The notes under the pieces: model-generated
The model's input: the letters and a program-made list of their open reading frames with translations, nothing else
Database searches by the model: none
Told to the model about the DNA's origin: nothing
DNA from: Tidjanibacter massiliensis
GTDB taxonomy: Bacteria; Bacillota; Clostridia; Lachnospirales; Lachnospiraceae
Direction: 5' to 3'
DNA length: 60,960 nucleotides
Assembly (NCBI GenBank): GCA_963661155.1
Contig: CAVLAW010000001.1
Coordinates: 1 to 60,960 of the forward strand
Part shown: positions 60,280 through 60,960 of the stretch, one piece after another
Position numbering within the stretch: the first letter of the stretch is position 1
How the letters are laid out: each line of letters begins with the position of its first letter
Made by a program: the position numbers and the translations under genes

Positions 60280-60498
60280 TGAAAATAAATGCTATAGAAA
60301 GACGGCCGCCTGGGCAGAAATTCTGCTTTGACGGCCATTTTCCTCTTCTTTAAGCATTGTACTTTCCAAAATAGTATACTATGGTTGTAGCTCTTTCAAA
60401 AGCAAGCTATACTGAAACTATCTTGTACTGACGAAGTGCCCGCATGGACATTCGTATTCCCCGCCATTTTTCTTTTTCTCACAGGAGGTACTACATCT

Positions 60499-60927
60499 AT
60501 GGACGATAAGAATCATTTAAATGATCTTGAAATGGCTAAAAAACGCGATCATAAAATCATGATCACCGACGAAGCAATCCAAAAAGTTCCCAGAATTCAA
60601 TATAAAAACATTCCTGAAAGAGAATATGATACTATTCAGGAATTGGCAAAACAGGTTTTAAAAATTGCAAAAGACACAAATGATTCCAATGAAGTCGCCG
60701 TTACTTACAGTCTTGAAAGTGTTCGTTTAATTGAAAATGGAGAACGTTATATCGGTGTTTCCCTCGGTGCAGAGCATGATGTTGATCCTTTAAGTAATTC
60801 TACATCCTATCACTTAATCTGTTCTTCTACAGATTGTGTCGTAATTGTTTTACATAACCACCCATCCTTATCTGCCTTTTCCTTATCTGATATTCAGTTT
60901 TTATTAACTAAAACTTCCCATACCTAA
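60499..60927 (+). CDS. hypothetical JAB/MPN-motif protein, probably truncated
   Basis: RBS AGGAGG; SNEVA...LHNHPSLSAFSLSD; stop shortly after the motif. Confidence 0.6.
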   Translation: MDDKNHLNDLEMAKKRDHKIMITDEAIQKVPRIQYKNIPEREYDTIQELAKQVLKIAKDTNDSNEVAVTYSLESVRLIENGERYIGVSLGAEHDVDPLSNSTSYHLICSSTDCVVIVLHNHPSLSAFSLSDIQFLLTKTSHT

Positions 60928-60960
60928 AATGGGCTTCGCACCTTGAAAATTCAATATTTC

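Noticed and set aside
60935..60956. GCACCTTGAAAA as a boxA-like antitermination site or rRNA leader
   Set aside because: It is too short and at the window edge, with no supporting context.

Overview
Chromosomal segment of a spore-forming Clostridia bacterium, most likely Lachnospiraceae-like, judged from spoVT, spoIIR, gerA, ispE-gntR, murI and DUF1934. In order it contains: a LysR/SLC13/M20-peptidase unit; three MATE genes (one truncated) with structured leaders; several deletion-damaged pseudogenes; perR-rubrerythrin; dppBCDF plus a dipeptidase; an Rpn nuclease; a ~15 kb uronic-acid polysaccharide locus (GH115, GH28-like, SGNH, KDG kinase, YesMN-like pair, ABC transporter); a UPRTase-like gene with codB; fucO; a secreted trigger-factor-like lipoprotein; a c-di-GMP-I riboswitch in front of a decayed gene; azlCD; an RraA-pair cassette bounded by matching hairpins; GH51; BrnT/BrnA; and a cysteine desulfidase-like gene. 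The most notable signals are non-coding or architectural: (i) a tandem two-hairpin attenuator-like leader with a repeated GCGTAARTCCA motif upstream of a MATE gene, (ii) a 3.7 kb AT-richer cassette lying between two halves of a perfect 17-bp palindrome, (iii) several hairpin-rich REP/MITE-like elements, one present twice, (iv) an A20-variant GEMM riboswitch, and (v) an internal RpnS-type start in the Rpn gene. No CRISPR array, tRNA, rRNA, integrase or reverse transcriptase was seen. All calls were made by eye, with no database searches.
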